Source: an uncultured Candidatus Saccharibacteria bacterium
GTDB taxonomy: Bacteria > Patescibacteriota > Dojkabacteria > SC72
DNA length: 64,000 nucleotides
Reading direction: 5' to 3'
Assembly (NCBI GenBank): GCA_964655705.1
Contig: CAZZPP010000004.1
Span: forward strand, 15,338-79,337
Positions within the stretch are counted from its first letter, which is position 1; every line of letters begins with the position of its first letter. Shown here in pieces: positions 27,726 through 38,094 of the stretch. A model generated the notes under the pieces. It was not told where the DNA came from. It saw nothing but the letters and a program-made list of their open reading frames with translations, and made no database searches. A program made the translations under genes and the position numbers.

Positions 27726-28244
27726 ATGGAAGATATAGTTAAGAAAGAGTTAGATAGCCTACTCTCTTTGTTAGATATAAATGCAGAGTATGATCTTTGT
27801 ATTGAGGAGATAGAGGAGGTTAAAAATATTAATATTTCTTTCACAGGAGAGAACTTAGGATATTTAATAGGTAATCATGGGAAACATTTAGAGTCATTAC
27901 AATATATCTTTAGTATGATGCTAAGAAAGAAGTTCGAAGAGGATACTAACTATAGAGTTATATTAGATGTTTGTGGATACAAGGAGGAGAAGAATAAAAA
28001 GATAGAGAGAATTGCATTACAGAAAGCAGACGATGTTAGGATACTAGGAGAGGCAATAGAATTAGAACCAATGAATCCATCAGATAGAAGGACTGTACAT
28101 GTAACTCTTCAAGTATTTGATGATATTAAAACAGAGAGTGTAGGAGAAGGAGAGGAAAGGAGAGTAAAGATTATTCCTCTTAATGAGAATGATATTATTA
28201 AACAATCAGATAACGAGGATAAAGAAGAGGAAAGCGAGGAGTAA
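27726..28244 (+). CDS. jag: Jag/KhpB RNA-binding protein (KH+R3H, no Jag_N)
   Basis: LIGNHGKHLESLQY, LEPMNPSDRRTVH, ESVGEGEERRV. Confidence 0.88.
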   Translation: MEDIVKKELDSLLSLLDINAEYDLCIEEIEEVKNINISFTGENLGYLIGNHGKHLESLQYIFSMMLRKKFEEDTNYRVILDVCGYKEEKNKKIERIALQKADDVRILGEAIELEPMNPSDRRTVHVTLQVFDDIKTESVGEGEERRVKIIPLNENDIIKQSDNEDKEEESEE

Positions 28245-28263
28245 ATCCCATCACTATTAAAAA

Positions 28264-28350
28264 CGGAGAGAGTGGGATTCGAACCCACGGTACGATTTCT
28301 CATACGCACGCTCTCCAAGCGTGTCCTTTCGACCGCTCAGGCATCTCTCC
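28264..28350 (-). tRNA. tRNA-Ser(GGA)
   Basis: GGAGAGA/TCTCTCC-G, CACGC-TTGGAGA-GCGTG anticodon arm, long variable arm; CCA not encoded. Confidence 0.93.
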
Positions 28351-28351
28351 C

Positions 28352-28428
28352 TGGCGTACCCGGCCGGAATCGAACCGACAACCTACTGCTTAGAAGGCAA
28401 TTGCTCTATCCGATTGAGCTACGGGTAC
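28352..28428 (-). tRNA. tRNA-Arg(TCT)
   Basis: GTACCCG/CGGGTAC-GCCA, CT-TCT-AA loop, GGTTCGATTCC; 1 nt from tRNA-Ser(GGA). Confidence 0.93.
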
Positions 28429-28471
28429 ATAAACATGCAATTCTATCAATAAATTTGATTAAAATAAAGGC

Positions 28472-30370
28472 TTATTCATCATCTTCTGACACCTCTATGT
28501 CTTTAATCTCAATTAGTATACCCCCCTCTCTTGTGGGAAATCTCTTTAAAAATGCAGGATAGTTCATTGGATCAAAAGTAGCATCAGGTTTTTTCTCAGC
28601 ATAATTAAGGGAATTTAGTAAATTCTTACCTTCATCCCATTCTAAACCCTTTAACTCATCTACTAATTCCTCCTTATCTATCTTTGGTTTAATATCCCCA
28701 CTTGCAACAATTTTGATTTTTACTGAACCTGTCTTAGCTTCTTCTACAGTAACTTCCTTTTGAATATCATCCCCTAGATCTAATTCCAAATCTTTTTCAC
28801 TCTCAAAAAGATTCTCCTCGACTGCTTTACTCCTGAGCAGATCTTTTAGTTTCTCAGTTAGTCCATCTGTTTTAAAATATGTAGCAGTACCCTTAATAGT
28901 AATATCTAAGTTAACATCTGTTGCCTCTTCTCCAACCTTCTTGTCTGTTTTAATACTACTTTTCTCTACAGAACTTAGTATTGAATCTTCAATTATTTCC
29001 CAATCACCAGAGATATCTCTTAATTCAGATTTAACCTCTTCTATTGCTGTAGTACTTAAGGCCTCGACACCATTATCTATATCAATCTGTGAAAGAACAG
29101 TATACTCTTCCTTAGTACCTCCTGTAATTGCGACCTTGTTTTTCCCAAATATTTCAGAATTTGGATAGCCTTGAATTGTGAAATTATCGTTGATTGTTGA
29201 GATGTTGTATTCAGGGCCAAAGGTAGAAGCTTCAATTGGGACCCCAGCGACTGTAAGTGCTGAAGGACAACTTAAGGAAACACTGTTTTTCAATTTATAT
29301 GTTTTTCCTCCAGTGTTAGTAACGATATGTCCTGCAGGGAGATTAATGGGTTGTGTATCTTCTAAACAAGGAGCATCAAAGTAAATATCGATTTGTCCTT
29401 CTGCATTCTCTCCATCGAATTTTTTACCTGTAGCTGTAATTGTACTAGAAAGACTCTTACTCTCTTCTTCACTCTTTATTGGTATTTTTAGATTCTCAAA
29501 ATCAATTTCATCAATCTTTTCATCTCCAGTTAAGATAGTTTCAACTTCGACTTTTTTTGATTCCACAAATATCTTTATTTTTACAAAAGTACCAAACTGA
29601 TTAAAAAGAAAACCACCTAATACAGTTAAAAGAAGTAATGGAACAAAAACAAGAAGAAATACCTTGAAAAACTTTTTTTTGTTAAATGGCTTAGAACCTT
29701 TAGAAAGACGAGGTTTAAAGTTAAAGAGTTTTTTAAGAAGAGGTTTCTTTTTTACTAGAGGTTGGATACTCTCGGTTGTAACAAGCTCTTCATTTGGAAA
29801 TGGAATATCCTCATCTATTGAAACAAACATATTACTCTTTTTAACACCCCTTTTATCTACATACCCTTTTGGGGTAGGATCTTCAACCTTAGAAGAATCT
29901 TCCTTCTTGGGTATTACTTTCTCTTTGGGTAACTCTTCAATTTTACTCTCAATCTTCTCTTCAAATACCTCATTTGTATCAGGAGTAGTTGAAACTTTCT
30001 CTAAGAATTTCTTGCGCTCTAATTTCTCCTTCTTTGTTTTAAGTATCATTTCTGAAGCTTCTTCCCATTCATATGGTGTAGGATTAGATGGAGTATCTAT
30101 TGTTTTAATACCTGCTAATTTTGCATTACGTATCCCTGTTGGATTTTGTATTATCTGTGCAATTAGCAACTTGTTCTCTCTTTGGGCAGTCTCATTTAGG
30201 ACTTTCAAGTTTATTGGGCTGATTAAAATATCTGTATGTTCTGTAAATGTTAGAACTATTCTCTCTGCCTTACTCTTATGGATATATCTTACTAAATCTG
30301 TAAGTTCGTGATTACTCTCTACAACTATTTTTGATGTTACTATTTTCTCTTCCATATTTATACTTCCCAA
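28472..30370 (-). CDS. Bitopic membrane protein with alpha/beta N-domain and baseplate-J-like ectodomain
   Basis: N-domain, charged linker, one TM (VFLLVFVPLLLLTVLGGFLF), ATGKK..GENAEG..LPAG..GPEYNI..ITGGT. Confidence 0.7.
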   Translation of the reverse strand: MGSINMEEKIVTSKIVVESNHELTDLVRYIHKSKAERIVLTFTEHTDILISPINLKVLNETAQRENKLLIAQIIQNPTGIRNAKLAGIKTIDTPSNPTPYEWEEASEMILKTKKEKLERKKFLEKVSTTPDTNEVFEEKIESKIEELPKEKVIPKKEDSSKVEDPTPKGYVDKRGVKKSNMFVSIDEDIPFPNEELVTTESIQPLVKKKPLLKKLFNFKPRLSKGSKPFNKKKFFKVFLLVFVPLLLLTVLGGFLFNQFGTFVKIKIFVESKKVEVETILTGDEKIDEIDFENLKIPIKSEEESKSLSSTITATGKKFDGENAEGQIDIYFDAPCLEDTQPINLPAGHIVTNTGGKTYKLKNSVSLSCPSALTVAGVPIEASTFGPEYNISTINDNFTIQGYPNSEIFGKNKVAITGGTKEEYTVLSQIDIDNGVEALSTTAIEEVKSELRDISGDWEIIEDSILSSVEKSSIKTDKKVGEEATDVNLDITIKGTATYFKTDGLTEKLKDLLRSKAVEENLFESEKDLELDLGDDIQKEVTVEEAKTGSVKIKIVASGDIKPKIDKEELVDELKGLEWDEGKNLLNSLNYAEKKPDATFDPMNYPAFLKRFPTREGGILIEIKDIEVSEDDE

Positions 30371-31614
30371 TTTATATCTTTAGTCTTTCTGTCTACCTCC
30401 ATATCATACAAGAATTTTGCCAAGGAGGCTGGTGTAATATCGTAGAGATTTTCGAGTGACCCACTATTATCAGTAACTGTACCCAAGAGATTGGGTGTAA
30501 ACATATCAATCTTTGGTACTAGAGCTATTGGTAAATACCTCTTCCAAGGAAATTCCATTAGAGAGAGTTTAATATCTGGAAGTAAAGCTCCTCCTCCACA
30601 CAAATAGATTTGAGTAGGAAGGGGACCTAGGTCTTCGCAATTTTCTAAAGCTACTTTCAGGGTCCTCATCCAAAGAGTTGCTGTAGTATACATGGTTTTT
30701 TGTACTTGTCTCATGACTTCTTTAGGAAGATCTTTCTCTGAATATTTAATCTTCCTTTGTTCAGCATGCCTAAAATCAGAGTCTGTTAATCTAGCTAACT
30801 CTTTAGTAAATACCCTTCCCCCAAATGCAAACATCTGTGTCTCTGCAACATTCCCGTTTTTAACTATTGCTACATCTGTAGTACCTCCTCCAATATCCAG
30901 AAATATGGCAGAGAAATTGGCATTTTTACCACCAGAGTGGGCTCTAGCTACAGCGAAAGGTTGAGATACAATACCAAGGACTTCAAAGTTAAGAGAGTAA
31001 GCAACTTTTCTTAGAGCTTCTGTATATGTTTTGGGAGCAAAGGATGCATAGAAATTTAACTTAACCTCTCTTCCTTTGTATCCTACTAAGGTATTAACTG
31101 GCATGCCACCAATCTCCATACCTGTTGGGGTAATATGTAATATTTCAATATCATCATTTTTAAGACCTGTTCGAAGTCCTAAATCCTCTTTCCCACTAAC
31201 AGAAATCTGAGATTTAACCTCGTTAATAATCCTATCCTGTTCTTTTTTAGTTACTTCTTTCTCAAAATGCTCCTCTCTTTCATAGTTAACAACTATTGAT
31301 ACTCCCTGGATATATTCTCCTGCTATACCCATAATGACGTACCTAGGATATTCTTCTGGTTTAAGATTAGTAACTAGTTCGTTTATCGAAAGTTTACAGT
31401 TTTCTAACACCGTATCTAGGTTGGTAATAATTCCACTTCTCATGGCATGTTGTTGCTGTTGGATACGAGACACTTTGTTTACTGAAACACCATATTCATT
31501 CATTGTAAAGAGTAAACTTTTTATTGTCTCTGTACCGATATCTAAAGCAACAATGGAAGTTTGTCCATCTAGAAGGGGTCCCCTTTTCGATTTTCGAGTT
31601 GGCAGTTTTATCAT
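30358..31614 (-). CDS. FtsA/PilM-like actin-fold ATPase
   Basis: VALDIGTETIK, AMRSGII, FLDIGGGTTDVAI, FAFGG, IYLCGGGALLP. Confidence 0.85.
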   Translation of the reverse strand: MIKLPTRKSKRGPLLDGQTSIVALDIGTETIKSLLFTMNEYGVSVNKVSRIQQQQHAMRSGIITNLDTVLENCKLSINELVTNLKPEEYPRYVIMGIAGEYIQGVSIVVNYEREEHFEKEVTKKEQDRIINEVKSQISVSGKEDLGLRTGLKNDDIEILHITPTGMEIGGMPVNTLVGYKGREVKLNFYASFAPKTYTEALRKVAYSLNFEVLGIVSQPFAVARAHSGGKNANFSAIFLDIGGGTTDVAIVKNGNVAETQMFAFGGRVFTKELARLTDSDFRHAEQRKIKYSEKDLPKEVMRQVQKTMYTTATLWMRTLKVALENCEDLGPLPTQIYLCGGGALLPDIKLSLMEFPWKRYLPIALVPKIDMFTPNLLGTVTDNSGSLENLYDITPASLAKFLYDMEVDRKTKDINWEV

Positions 31615-31645
31615 ATGTATTTATTATATCACTAAAGACATCTAA

Positions 31646-33343
31646 CTATACAATCACTATTTGTATAATGGGTTCTCTCTCTGTTTTTTTGTATATATAT
31701 TTATTTATTACCTTCTCAATACCTGTTCTCAATTCGTCATATTCATATTTATTTCTCTTTTTGGAATCATTCAACCACTCCCTATGAGCATCAAAGATTA
31801 AAGTCTGAATCTCTTTAAGGAGTTCCTGAGATTTTTTCATATATATGAACCCACGAGAAACAAATTGGGGTCTACCCATTAATCTGTAGGTATTACTACT
31901 TAGATTAAGAACGATAATGAACATACCATACTCAGATAGTTGCTTTCTGTCCTTGAGAACAATCTCTCCTGTATCACCTACTCCTAATCCGTCAATTAGT
32001 ATTGGTTTAGACTCAATGGGCTTTGTCTTAATCCACGTTCTTCCATTAAAATTCCACACTACTCCATCATCTGTTAAAAACACATCCTCATCTCTCATCC
32101 CCCAAGAAAGATAGTTCTTTTTGTTGAAATATCTAAAGGTTAAAGGACCATGTATTGGCATAACTGTTTTAGGAGCGATTAAGTCAAACATAATTTTCAT
32201 ATCTTCCTGATTACCATGCCCACTAGAGTGAATCTTTGTATCTATGGTATCTTTAAGTAAATCAGCACCTAGACCAATTAATCTGTCTGTCATTTGTTCA
32301 ATGCTAGATACATTCTCAGGTATTTCAGAAGAAGACATTATTACTAGATCTCCTTTCTTAATCTTAATATATTTATGTTCATTTAAAGATATTCTGTTTA
32401 ATGCAGCGAACCTTTCCCCTTGACTACCAGTAGAAAGAATTAAAATCTCGTTATCCTTGTATTTAGGAATATCTCTCTCTTTAACAACTAATCCTTGAGG
32501 AATTTTGATATATCCCTGATTACTCGCAATTGATATAGTTTGTTCTAAACTTCTTCCAGATATTACAATCTTTCTGTTAGTTCTCTTAGCTATCTCAAAC
32601 AGTGCATACAATCTTGTAAGCAAAGAGGAGAATGCAGCAACAAGAACTCTTCCTTGAGTATTTGCAATTACCTTACCTAAATTCTCGAAGATCTCTGTTT
32701 CAGATGGAGACTTACCCGTTTTAGTAGCATTAGTACTCTCCATTAAGGCTAAATCTATTCTTCCTCTTAACGATTTTAATTTTGCATAGTCTGCCTCTAA
32801 TTCATTTGTAGGTTGTGTATCAATTTTGTAATCTCCTGAAAAAAATACATTACCCTTTCTACTTTCAACAAATATTGAGAAAGCATCTGGAATACTATGA
32901 TTTATACCAATGAAAGTAGCCCTAAAGTTCTTACCAATATTAATAGTGGTATGCCTGGTTACACCAAAAATCTTTGTCTTACTCTTTAAGTTGTACTCCT
33001 CTAATCTAGCCTCTATTAAGGCTTTTGCAAAAGCACCTGCATATACAGGAGGATAGTCAAGTTCAGGTAACATCCATCTTAATGCACCAGTATGATCTAA
33101 ATGTCCGTGTGTAATTAAAATAGCTTTAACCTTCTTTTTATTTCTCTTTAAATATCTAAGATTGGGAATTAGGTAATCTACGCCATACATTTCTTGGCCA
33201 GGGAATGAGTAGCCAGCATCTACTATTACAATCTCATCTCCCAATTCAATGAAATTACAGTTTCTCCCAATCTCAGAAGTACCAGACAGAGTACATACTT
33301 TCAAGGTATCATTTCTTGAATATTGTTTGTTGTTGTTTTCCAT
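31646..33343 (-). CDS. rnj: Ribonuclease J
   Basis: EIGRN, ITHGHLDHTG, HSIPD, SGDYKID, TGSQGE, HSSGH, REPII. Confidence 0.95.
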   Translation of the reverse strand: MENNNKQYSRNDTLKVCTLSGTSEIGRNCNFIELGDEIVIVDAGYSFPGQEMYGVDYLIPNLRYLKRNKKKVKAILITHGHLDHTGALRWMLPELDYPPVYAGAFAKALIEARLEEYNLKSKTKIFGVTRHTTINIGKNFRATFIGINHSIPDAFSIFVESRKGNVFFSGDYKIDTQPTNELEADYAKLKSLRGRIDLALMESTNATKTGKSPSETEIFENLGKVIANTQGRVLVAAFSSLLTRLYALFEIAKRTNRKIVISGRSLEQTISIASNQGYIKIPQGLVVKERDIPKYKDNEILILSTGSQGERFAALNRISLNEHKYIKIKKGDLVIMSSSEIPENVSSIEQMTDRLIGLGADLLKDTIDTKIHSSGHGNQEDMKIMFDLIAPKTVMPIHGPLTFRYFNKKNYLSWGMRDEDVFLTDDGVVWNFNGRTWIKTKPIESKPILIDGLGVGDTGEIVLKDRKQLSEYGMFIIVLNLSSNTYRLMGRPQFVSRGFIYMKKSQELLKEIQTLIFDAHREWLNDSKKRNKYEYDELRTGIEKVINKYIYKKTEREPIIQIVIV

Positions 33344-33426
33344 ATCCCCCCATTATATCAAATATGTAATACATATATTGGAAAGTATATAAAATTGAAA
33401 GAGGCTGATATAATACAGGAAGGAAA

Positions 33427-35664
33427 ATGAAAGAAGAGATATCAAAAACATTTGAGCAGAAAGAAAAAGATATATACTCCCTTTGGGAGAGTTCTAAACT
33501 CGCAAACCCACAGGATATGGAGCAGTATCTTGCGAATGAGGGATGGGATGTTAAAAAACCTTTTACAATTTCCTTACCTCCTCCTAATGCAAATGCTAAT
33601 TTACATATTGGTCATATGTGTGGTTACTCTTTCCATGACGCTATTGGTAGATATATGAGAATGACTGGACATCCCACACTTCTCCTTCCAGGAAAGGATC
33701 ATGCTGGTATTCAAACAGAGACATCATTTACAAAGATTTTGAAAGAGAGAGGGATAGATAAATGGGAGTTAGGTAGGGAGAAATTCTTTGATATGTGTTT
33801 TGAATTTAGTCTTAAAAATGCAAGTAATGCGAGACAACAGGAGAAAAACATTGGTCTTTCTGCAGACTACTCTCGAGAATATTTTACATTAGATCCTAAA
33901 TTAACCAAGATTGTGTATGAGACATTCTTTAAGATGTTTAAAGAGGGATTAATATACAGAGACAAGAGGATAGTAAATCAATGCTCTAGTTGTAAAACAG
34001 CATTGGCAGATGTTGATACTGAGCACGAGGAAAGAAGGGGAATATTCGCATATATTAAGTATCCCGTTGTAGGAAGTAAAGACGAATATATTATGGTAGC
34101 GACTACTAGGCCTGAGACTATGCTTGGGGATAGTGCAGTCGCAGTAAATCCTAAAGATGAAAGGTACAAGAAATATATTGGAAAAAAGGTATTACTTCCA
34201 ATTCAGGAGAAAGAGATTCCCGTTATTGCAGACGAGGAAGTAGATATGGAGTTGGGAACGGGTGCTGTAAAAGTAACTCCTGCACACTCTCCTGTAGATT
34301 TTGAATTAGGTAAAAAACACGATTTAGAGATTGTAAACGTAATTAATGGAGATGGAATAATGGAAGGAGATATTCCTGAGAGATTTAAGGGTTTAGATAC
34401 ACTCTCTTGTTCTAAGAAATTATGTGAGGAGTTAGATGAATTAGGTCTTTTAGAAGATATCCAAAATATTAAACATGAGGTTGCAGTATGTGAAAGATGT
34501 AGAACCCCAATAGAACCCATTATCTCTAACCAATGGTATGTTGATGTAAAATCATTAGCAAAAAGATCATTAGAGGCACTAAGGAGTAAAGAAACATATG
34601 TAATACCTTCGGGTCAACAGAGAGCATTAGAGTACTTCTTTGAAAATATCCAACCCTGGTGTATATCTAGGCAGTTGTGGTGGGGACAGAGAATCCCTGT
34701 ATGGTATAGCGGAGGGAAACATCTTTATGATTGGTTGAGAGAAAACAAAGGTAAAGATGTAGATGACTATATTAAAGAGACAAAAAACAAGGTAAATGGT
34801 ACGGGTGAAATCTTTTTAGGAGAAAAAGCACCAGATAATTCTGGTAGTTGGGAGGCTGAAACAGATATGTTTGACACATGGTTTAGTTCTAGTCAACTTC
34901 CTTACTCAACCCTAGGGGGTATTGAAGGTAATGATTACAAAAAATATTACCCTACTCAGATGATGATTCATGCAAGAGACATTCTTTACTGGTGGTCTGC
35001 AAGAATGATGATGATGGGTATTTACAAAACAGGGATACCTCCATTTGGGGTTGTATTCCTTCATGGAATAATTCTTGCTTCAGATGGGAGTAAGATGTCT
35101 AAATCTAAGGGTAATGGCGTAGAGCCTAGTGAAATGATTGGTAAGTATGGTGCAGATGCACTTAGACTTTGGTATTACTCAGATGCTCTCCCAGGTTCTA
35201 ATGCACCAATTAGGGAAGAGAAAATTAAGGGCAACAGAAATTTTGTTAACAAGATATGGAATGCTAGTAGATTCATATTGATGAATATTGAGGAGAGTGA
35301 GAGGGAAAAGGTATCAAGATTAGAGATAGATACTTCATTAGAGAGAATTCAGGAAACAGAGAAACATATTTCTAAGGTTTCAAAGTATATTGAGAAATAC
35401 CAATTTAATCTAGGGGCAGAAAGTATACGGGAGTTCTTTTGGCATCAATTATGTGATATATGGATAGAGGAGATTAAAGAAGAGATTCAGAGGGAAGACA
35501 TTGGTTCTAAGCAAAGGATTGAGAAATTAGTAGAGCTATTATATATCCTTAAAAGGAATTTAATGATAATGCACCCCTTCATCCCCTTTGTTACAGAGTC
35601 AGTATGGCAAGAGCTAGTAGAATTACATCTAGCCAAGGGAGTATTAATGGGTCAACAGTTGTAA
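33427..35664 (+). CDS. valS: Valyl-tRNA synthetase (short)
   Basis: PPPNANANLHIGH, DHAGIQT, ATTRPET, GTGAVKVTPAH, WCISRQLWWG, KMSKS. Confidence 0.96.
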   Translation: MKEEISKTFEQKEKDIYSLWESSKLANPQDMEQYLANEGWDVKKPFTISLPPPNANANLHIGHMCGYSFHDAIGRYMRMTGHPTLLLPGKDHAGIQTETSFTKILKERGIDKWELGREKFFDMCFEFSLKNASNARQQEKNIGLSADYSREYFTLDPKLTKIVYETFFKMFKEGLIYRDKRIVNQCSSCKTALADVDTEHEERRGIFAYIKYPVVGSKDEYIMVATTRPETMLGDSAVAVNPKDERYKKYIGKKVLLPIQEKEIPVIADEEVDMELGTGAVKVTPAHSPVDFELGKKHDLEIVNVINGDGIMEGDIPERFKGLDTLSCSKKLCEELDELGLLEDIQNIKHEVAVCERCRTPIEPIISNQWYVDVKSLAKRSLEALRSKETYVIPSGQQRALEYFFENIQPWCISRQLWWGQRIPVWYSGGKHLYDWLRENKGKDVDDYIKETKNKVNGTGEIFLGEKAPDNSGSWEAETDMFDTWFSSSQLPYSTLGGIEGNDYKKYYPTQMMIHARDILYWWSARMMMMGIYKTGIPPFGVVFLHGIILASDGSKMSKSKGNGVEPSEMIGKYGADALRLWYYSDALPGSNAPIREEKIKGNRNFVNKIWNASRFILMNIEESEREKVSRLEIDTSLERIQETEKHISKVSKYIEKYQFNLGAESIREFFWHQLCDIWIEEIKEEIQREDIGSKQRIEKLVELLYILKRNLMIMHPFIPFVTESVWQELVELHLAKGVLMGQQL

Positions 35665-35683
35665 CAAGGATATCTTTTACTAC

Positions 35684-37432
35684 CTATTCTTCTTTACTAT
35701 TCTCAATCTTTTCGAAAAGAATGGAGGGTGTATTTAATCTCTTCCCAGATTCTAACGGGGTAAATACCCACATATCTTCTAGTTTACTTACTTTCCCTTT
35801 CTCTTGTAGTTCAATATTTGCATCGTACTCATCATTAATATTTAGTATATCAGAGAGTTTTGAAGAACTCTGCGGAACAAAAGGTTTAAGCAAAACTCTT
35901 AATGCATTAACTAACTGTATTGAATTGTATATTGTACCTTTACACTCATTAGTATTTTCTTTGTAAGATACCCAAGGGGCTTTGTCATTAAAATATTTGT
36001 TTGCATAATTACCAAATCTAAGAAGTTCCTCACTTGCTTTAACAAATTCGCAATTCTCAAGATGTTTACCAATACTGTTAAAAGCGTTCTGTATAGCATT
36101 ATTTACCTCCATTTGAATATTACCCTCAGGAATAGTATTTTCAAATTTAGTATTAGTGAAAGAAAGAGTCCTGTTTACGAAATTACCGATGTTTGCAACA
36201 AGTTCATTATTATTACAATCAATCAGATCTTTCCATTCAAATTCCCTATCGTGATTTTCTGGAGCATTTCTGATGAAGAAGAATCTCAAAAGATCTGAAC
36301 TATATTTTTCTAAAAGAGAGTCAACTGTCATACCAGTACCATCTCCTTTTGACATCTTTTTACCCTTGTAAAGAAGCATTTTGTTAGCTGGAATATCATA
36401 TGGAAGTACTAATTTCTCCCTTTTTGTTTCTCCAGGTAGTTTGTATTTCTCCCAAAGTTGGTCATTATGGTATTTCTCACTATATGCAAGTAACTGAGCA
36501 GGCCATATTATTGTATGAAATGGTACATTCCCTCCTGCTATGAAGTAGTAATGCTTACAATCAGGATCCTTCCAGAAGGATTCCCACGCACTTGGAGTAC
36601 CCATCTTTTCTGCCCATTCAATTGATGCAGAAAGATATCCAACAACGGCTTCAATCCATACATAGATTACTTTCTCTTCCCATCCCTGTATTGGAACAGG
36701 AATACCATATTTCATATCTCTAGTAACCTCTCTAGGGTCGAGTCCCTCTCTAATCCATCCTTTAGTGAACTCTCTAACCCATTTTCTCCAGTTATCACTA
36801 CTTGAGTTTACCCATGTTGATATATTCTTTTCCAAGGTTTTTAAATCTAAGTAGAAGTGTTCAGTCTCTTTTAATACAGGTTTGGAATCAGAAAGAGTAC
36901 TCTGAGGATCTAGCAAGTCTGTAGGTTTTAAAAATTTTCCACACCCAGAGCACTCATCCCCTCTTGCATTAGTTGCCCCACACTCAGGACAGGTTCCTCT
37001 TACATATCTATCTGGAAGAAATTTGTTTACTTTCTCGTCATAGTATTGTTTAGATTTCTGAGGATAGAGATATCCTAAATCTTTTAGTACTAGAAAGATA
37101 TTCTGCACAACAGTCTGATGATTTGGAGTTGTCGTTGTTGTGTAATTCTCGTAAAGGAGAGTCAGTTTCTTAAACGTATCAAGGATTTCCTTATGTGATT
37201 GGTCAACTAATTTCTCAGGAGTAATGCCTAATTCTTCTGCCTTAAAAACTATGGGAGTACCATGACTATCACTTCCAGAAACCATTAGAACTTGGTTTCC
37301 TTTAATCCTATGATACCTAGCAAAAACATCACAAGCGATATTCTGTCCAGCAAGATGACCTAAATGAATCTTACCACTTGCATATGGCCAAGAAACACCA
37401 ACAAAGATTTTTTTAGAATTAGGAATGCTCAT
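35684..37432 (-). CDS. metG: Methionyl-tRNA synthetase
   Basis: WPYASGKIHLGH, SGSDSHG, Zn knuckle CPEC...CSGC, YVWIEA, KMSKG. Confidence 0.96.
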   Translation of the reverse strand: MSIPNSKKIFVGVSWPYASGKIHLGHLAGQNIACDVFARYHRIKGNQVLMVSGSDSHGTPIVFKAEELGITPEKLVDQSHKEILDTFKKLTLLYENYTTTTTPNHQTVVQNIFLVLKDLGYLYPQKSKQYYDEKVNKFLPDRYVRGTCPECGATNARGDECSGCGKFLKPTDLLDPQSTLSDSKPVLKETEHFYLDLKTLEKNISTWVNSSSDNWRKWVREFTKGWIREGLDPREVTRDMKYGIPVPIQGWEEKVIYVWIEAVVGYLSASIEWAEKMGTPSAWESFWKDPDCKHYYFIAGGNVPFHTIIWPAQLLAYSEKYHNDQLWEKYKLPGETKREKLVLPYDIPANKMLLYKGKKMSKGDGTGMTVDSLLEKYSSDLLRFFFIRNAPENHDREFEWKDLIDCNNNELVANIGNFVNRTLSFTNTKFENTIPEGNIQMEVNNAIQNAFNSIGKHLENCEFVKASEELLRFGNYANKYFNDKAPWVSYKENTNECKGTIYNSIQLVNALRVLLKPFVPQSSSKLSDILNINDEYDANIELQEKGKVSKLEDMWVFTPLESGKRLNTPSILFEKIENSKEE

Positions 37433-37535
37433 AACTGTAGTATTTATTATATCAAAATATATTTTTTTCTACTAACATATGGAAACTTTTTAGAAACCCT
37501 TGTATACTGTAGGTAGTAGTCATAGTAACTGCCCT

Positions 37536-38093
37536 ATGTTAAAAACAAATGACCAAACAAAATCAATTAACTTTCTCCAACCAGTTGGGGGCTCTGATGG
37601 TGTAATACAAACCTCCTTTTCTTGGTTAACATCTATAGGGAAATGGATGCTTATGGTAGTAGAAGCAATAGTCCTAGTTGCGTTTGGATACAGATTAGTA
37701 ATGGATGGAAAAAACAACGATTTAACTTCACAGATTAATGATCAGGTTAAGACATTAGAGAACAATACATGGAAAAAGAGTGCTATTAAATACCAAAATC
37801 TTCAATACCTTCTTACGGATATTAAGGCTGTAAAAGAGGGTCAAGATATTAATTCTAATTTAATATCTGAGATTATTAATGGAGTACCAATTACCTTAAT
37901 GGTAGAGAGTATTTCAATTAACAAAGGGAAAGTATCTCTTTCCATCAAGACTACAGATTTCAAGGCTTTAAGAAGTTATGAAGAGGGTCTAAAAAATAAC
38001 TCTTCTTACAGTGATGTAAGAGTAAATATTGATTTAAAAGGTGTTGAGTATGATGTTAGTATTAGTTTTCAAGTAGTTAAACAAACAGAGTAA
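37536..38093 (+). CDS. PilN-like alignment protein
   Basis: SINFL motif, TM, coiled coil, ferredoxin-like C-domain; ATG 37536 preferred. Confidence 0.7.
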   Translation: MLKTNDQTKSINFLQPVGGSDGVIQTSFSWLTSIGKWMLMVVEAIVLVAFGYRLVMDGKNNDLTSQINDQVKTLENNTWKKSAIKYQNLQYLLTDIKAVKEGQDINSNLISEIINGVPITLMVESISINKGKVSLSIKTTDFKALRSYEEGLKNNSSYSDVRVNIDLKGVEYDVSISFQVVKQTE

Positions 38094-38094
38094 T

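Noticed and set aside
28472-30370. Prophage or contractile injection system suggested by the baseplate-J-like domain
   Set aside because: The protein is membrane-anchored, and no sheath, tube, capsid, terminase or integrase genes are present; neighbours are housekeeping genes.
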